A DNA stretch of 44,319 nucleotides from Escherichia phage HK1. The notes beneath the pieces were generated by a model, which was not told the DNA's origin, did not search any database, and saw nothing but the letters and a program-made list of their open reading frames with translations. The translations under genes were made by a program, and so were the position numbers. Of the stretch, positions 42,470 through 44,319 are shown one piece after another. Numbering within the stretch: the stretch's first letter is position 1; every line of letters begins with the position of its first letter. Where the stretch lies: the sequence record PP514360. The stretch is one strand, 5' to 3'.

Positions 42470-44293
42470 ATGGCAGCGGGTACACTATCCGTAACGAATA
42501 ACAGCAAGGCGGTTGTCGGGGTAGGCACGACGTTTACCTCGTTTACAGCTGGCGACTTCTTATCGCTGGTAGTGGGGCAAGTCCCATACACTGTTGCTAT
42601 CGCGTCAGTCGAAAGCGACACCGCGCTTACGCTGGTGCTGCCGTTCGACGGCCCAACGGCAGCAGGCCTTGCGTGGGATGGCGTTAAGCGCGACACCATG
42701 TCGCTGGCAACGATGGGCGTAACAGTACAGGCACAGAAAGCGTTGCGCTTGATGCTCGCGGACGAAAACAACTGGCGTGCGATCTTCGGAGACGAAGAAG
42801 AAATCACGGTAACGCTGCCGAACGGGCAAGTTATGCAGGGTATGTCTTGGGGCTACCTGTCGCAATTGATGAAGCAAGTTGACCCCGTTGAAATGCGCAA
42901 CCTGCAACAACAAGCCGCGGCATCTGAAGCAGCAGCGCAAGGATTTCGCAATGAGGCCGAAGGCTTCAAGACTGAGACGGCTGGCATTCGCGACGCCACC
43001 AATCAGATTAAGGCAGAGACGGCAGGCATTCGCGACGCAACTAATACCATAAAAACGCAGACTGATCAGATTAAGGCTGATACGCAGGCGATCAAAAACC
43101 AGACTAACCAGATCAAGACTGACACCGGCGCTATTCGCGACGAGGCCAACGCCGCGAAGGCTGAAGCGCAAGCCGCCAGCACTGCCGCGCAGGGATTTCG
43201 CGATCAGGCCGAAGAATGGGCGCAAAGCGTAAACCCCGACAATCTGCTAACAAAATCCGGCAACCTCGCGGGGCTTGCGGACAAAGGCGCGTCGTGGGCT
43301 AACCTTATGCCGCCCGGACCGCTTCGCGTAGGTGCGGACCCCGTAAACCCCCTGGACGCTGCGACTAAAGGGTGGGTGTGGCGCGGTCTTGACGACGTGG
43401 GGCTTTGGGGCTTACGCAATAATTACGCGTCAGACCCGGCGAATGGCGCAGAAGTATACGGCGGTCGATTTGACTCCTCTGTGAACGTCGCAGGGGTCGA
43501 AAAATACAGAATGTCGATTCAGCTTCAGGGCCGTAATAACGTAGACGCCTGGACCCGTTTGGCAACCGTTAACGCCCTCGATCCAAGTACCTCGCCGTCG
43601 TGGGACTTTAAATATGATGGCAAGATTATTTTCAACAAAGGACTGAATCCAGCGTCCACCTCGGCGTCGCCAGGTAATACCTACGTAACCCTTGCGAATA
43701 CATGGATGGACAGCCAATACTCGGGACACGTCGGCTTTGTTGGAGGCGGGGCGGGGACGAGTGGTGGCGGGTGGCGTAACTTTATTTCGTTCGGCGCGCT
43801 GATCCACCCGCCCGCCGGTAACTCGCACCCCCATGCTATGATTGCGCAGGTCTTTGATTATGATTTGGCGTCCGGTACACAGCCTAACGGCGATAGCGTT
43901 CGAAACACTACATTCAACCCCGAAGCATACGATATCACCTTCGGCAACAACTTAGGGACTGTTAACTATATTTTCGCAAAGTCCCCGGTATCCGATAGGG
44001 CGCTGAAGCATGATATCGCCCGGATCGATACTCAAGTTGCGTACGATAACGTTATGACTATGGAGTACTCGTCCTTTGTTTATAACTACGACAAAAAAGA
44101 GACGGTTAGACGTGGTTTTATCGCGCAGCAGTTGGAAGAGATCGACCCGCAGTATGTCCGCAAGTACACCAACGCAACCGGTAAAGAGTTTCTGGCATTA
44201 GATGAAAACGTCCTACTACTTGATCTAATCGCGACTGTTCAGCATTTGGCGGCGAAGGTTGAGGCGTTAGAAAGTAAGTTAGCGGAGAAATGA
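42470..44293 (+). CDS. tail fibre protein with C-terminal intramolecular chaperone (peptidase S74-like) domain
   Basis: Start at MAAGTLSVTNNSK (GAGGA SD); central heptad-like repeats (xTxxIKx/xTxxIRD, about 8 units); C-terminus SDRALKHDIARID...GFIAQQLEEIDPQYV resembles self-cleaving fibre chaperone domains. Confidence 0.75.
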   Translation: MAAGTLSVTNNSKAVVGVGTTFTSFTAGDFLSLVVGQVPYTVAIASVESDTALTLVLPFDGPTAAGLAWDGVKRDTMSLATMGVTVQAQKALRLMLADENNWRAIFGDEEEITVTLPNGQVMQGMSWGYLSQLMKQVDPVEMRNLQQQAAASEAAAQGFRNEAEGFKTETAGIRDATNQIKAETAGIRDATNTIKTQTDQIKADTQAIKNQTNQIKTDTGAIRDEANAAKAEAQAASTAAQGFRDQAEEWAQSVNPDNLLTKSGNLAGLADKGASWANLMPPGPLRVGADPVNPLDAATKGWVWRGLDDVGLWGLRNNYASDPANGAEVYGGRFDSSVNVAGVEKYRMSIQLQGRNNVDAWTRLATVNALDPSTSPSWDFKYDGKIIFNKGLNPASTSASPGNTYVTLANTWMDSQYSGHVGFVGGGAGTSGGGWRNFISFGALIHPPAGNSHPHAMIAQVFDYDLASGTQPNGDSVRNTTFNPEAYDITFGNNLGTVNYIFAKSPVSDRALKHDIARIDTQVAYDNVMTMEYSSFVYNYDKKETVRRGFIAQQLEEIDPQYVRKYTNATGKEFLALDENVLLLDLIATVQHLAAKVEALESKLAEK

Positions 44294-44299
44294 GAAAAA

Positions 44300-44319
44300 G
44301 GGGCCATACGGCCCCTTTT
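44300..44319 (+). terminator. intrinsic terminator after the tail fibre gene (GGGGCC-N-GGCCCC family)
   Basis: GGGGCC-atac-GGCCCC followed by TTTT at the window edge. Confidence 0.55.

Noticed and set aside
42605-43225. 206-aa minus-strand ORF inside the tail fibre gene
   Set aside because: Antisense to the repeat-rich fibre gene; low-complexity translation, no start context.
1-44319. Prophage or integrated element
   Set aside because: No integrase, repressor, att-like sites or host flanking genes are visible; the whole window is phage-like, so integration cannot be assessed from this window.

Overview
The 44.3-kb window reads as one contiguous segment of a tailed dsDNA bacteriophage genome (siphovirus-like, lambda-type tail module). 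I found no rRNA, tRNA, CRISPR array, integrase or repressor. All calls come from reading the six-frame track and the DNA by eye; no database search or computation was run, so family names are motif-level inferences. Layout: (i) 1-12.2 kb, minus strand, early/replication module: HAD-like hydrolase, N6-adenine methyltransferase, HNH-like endonuclease, short C5-methyltransferase-like protein, SNF2-like helicase, zinc-ribbon protein, VRR-NUC nuclease, family-A DNA polymerase, SSB-like protein, Cas4-like DUF2800 nuclease, and an acidic/basic repeat protein. (ii) 12.2-12.6 kb, divergent control region. (iii) 12.6-44.3 kb, plus strand: HTH regulator, primase-helicase, a run of small overlapping genes, holin-like proteins and endolysin, an HTH-metallophosphoesterase, terminase small and large subunits, portal, head morphogenesis protein, a spanin-like pair, scaffold, major capsid, connector/neck proteins, major tail protein, G/GT chaperone with a -1 frameshift, tape measure, M-L-K-I-J tail tip genes, and a tail fibre. 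Two antisense cassettes interrupt the structural module (25.2-26.4 kb and 41.2-42.4 kb, the latter with a Cor/Llp-like lipoprotein). The most unusual signal is non-coding: a ~175-bp module carrying an array of GCGGGACA repeats and a conserved GC-rich hairpin occurs twice (15276-15450 and 32076-32250), each at the head of a long plus-strand gene block, with a perfect 34-bp palindrome of the same motif at 31934-31967. A second recurring motif, ATTGGTTGCA, sits in sigma70-like promoters throughout. Two replication-module genes also share a tandem acidic/basic repeat unit at DNA level.
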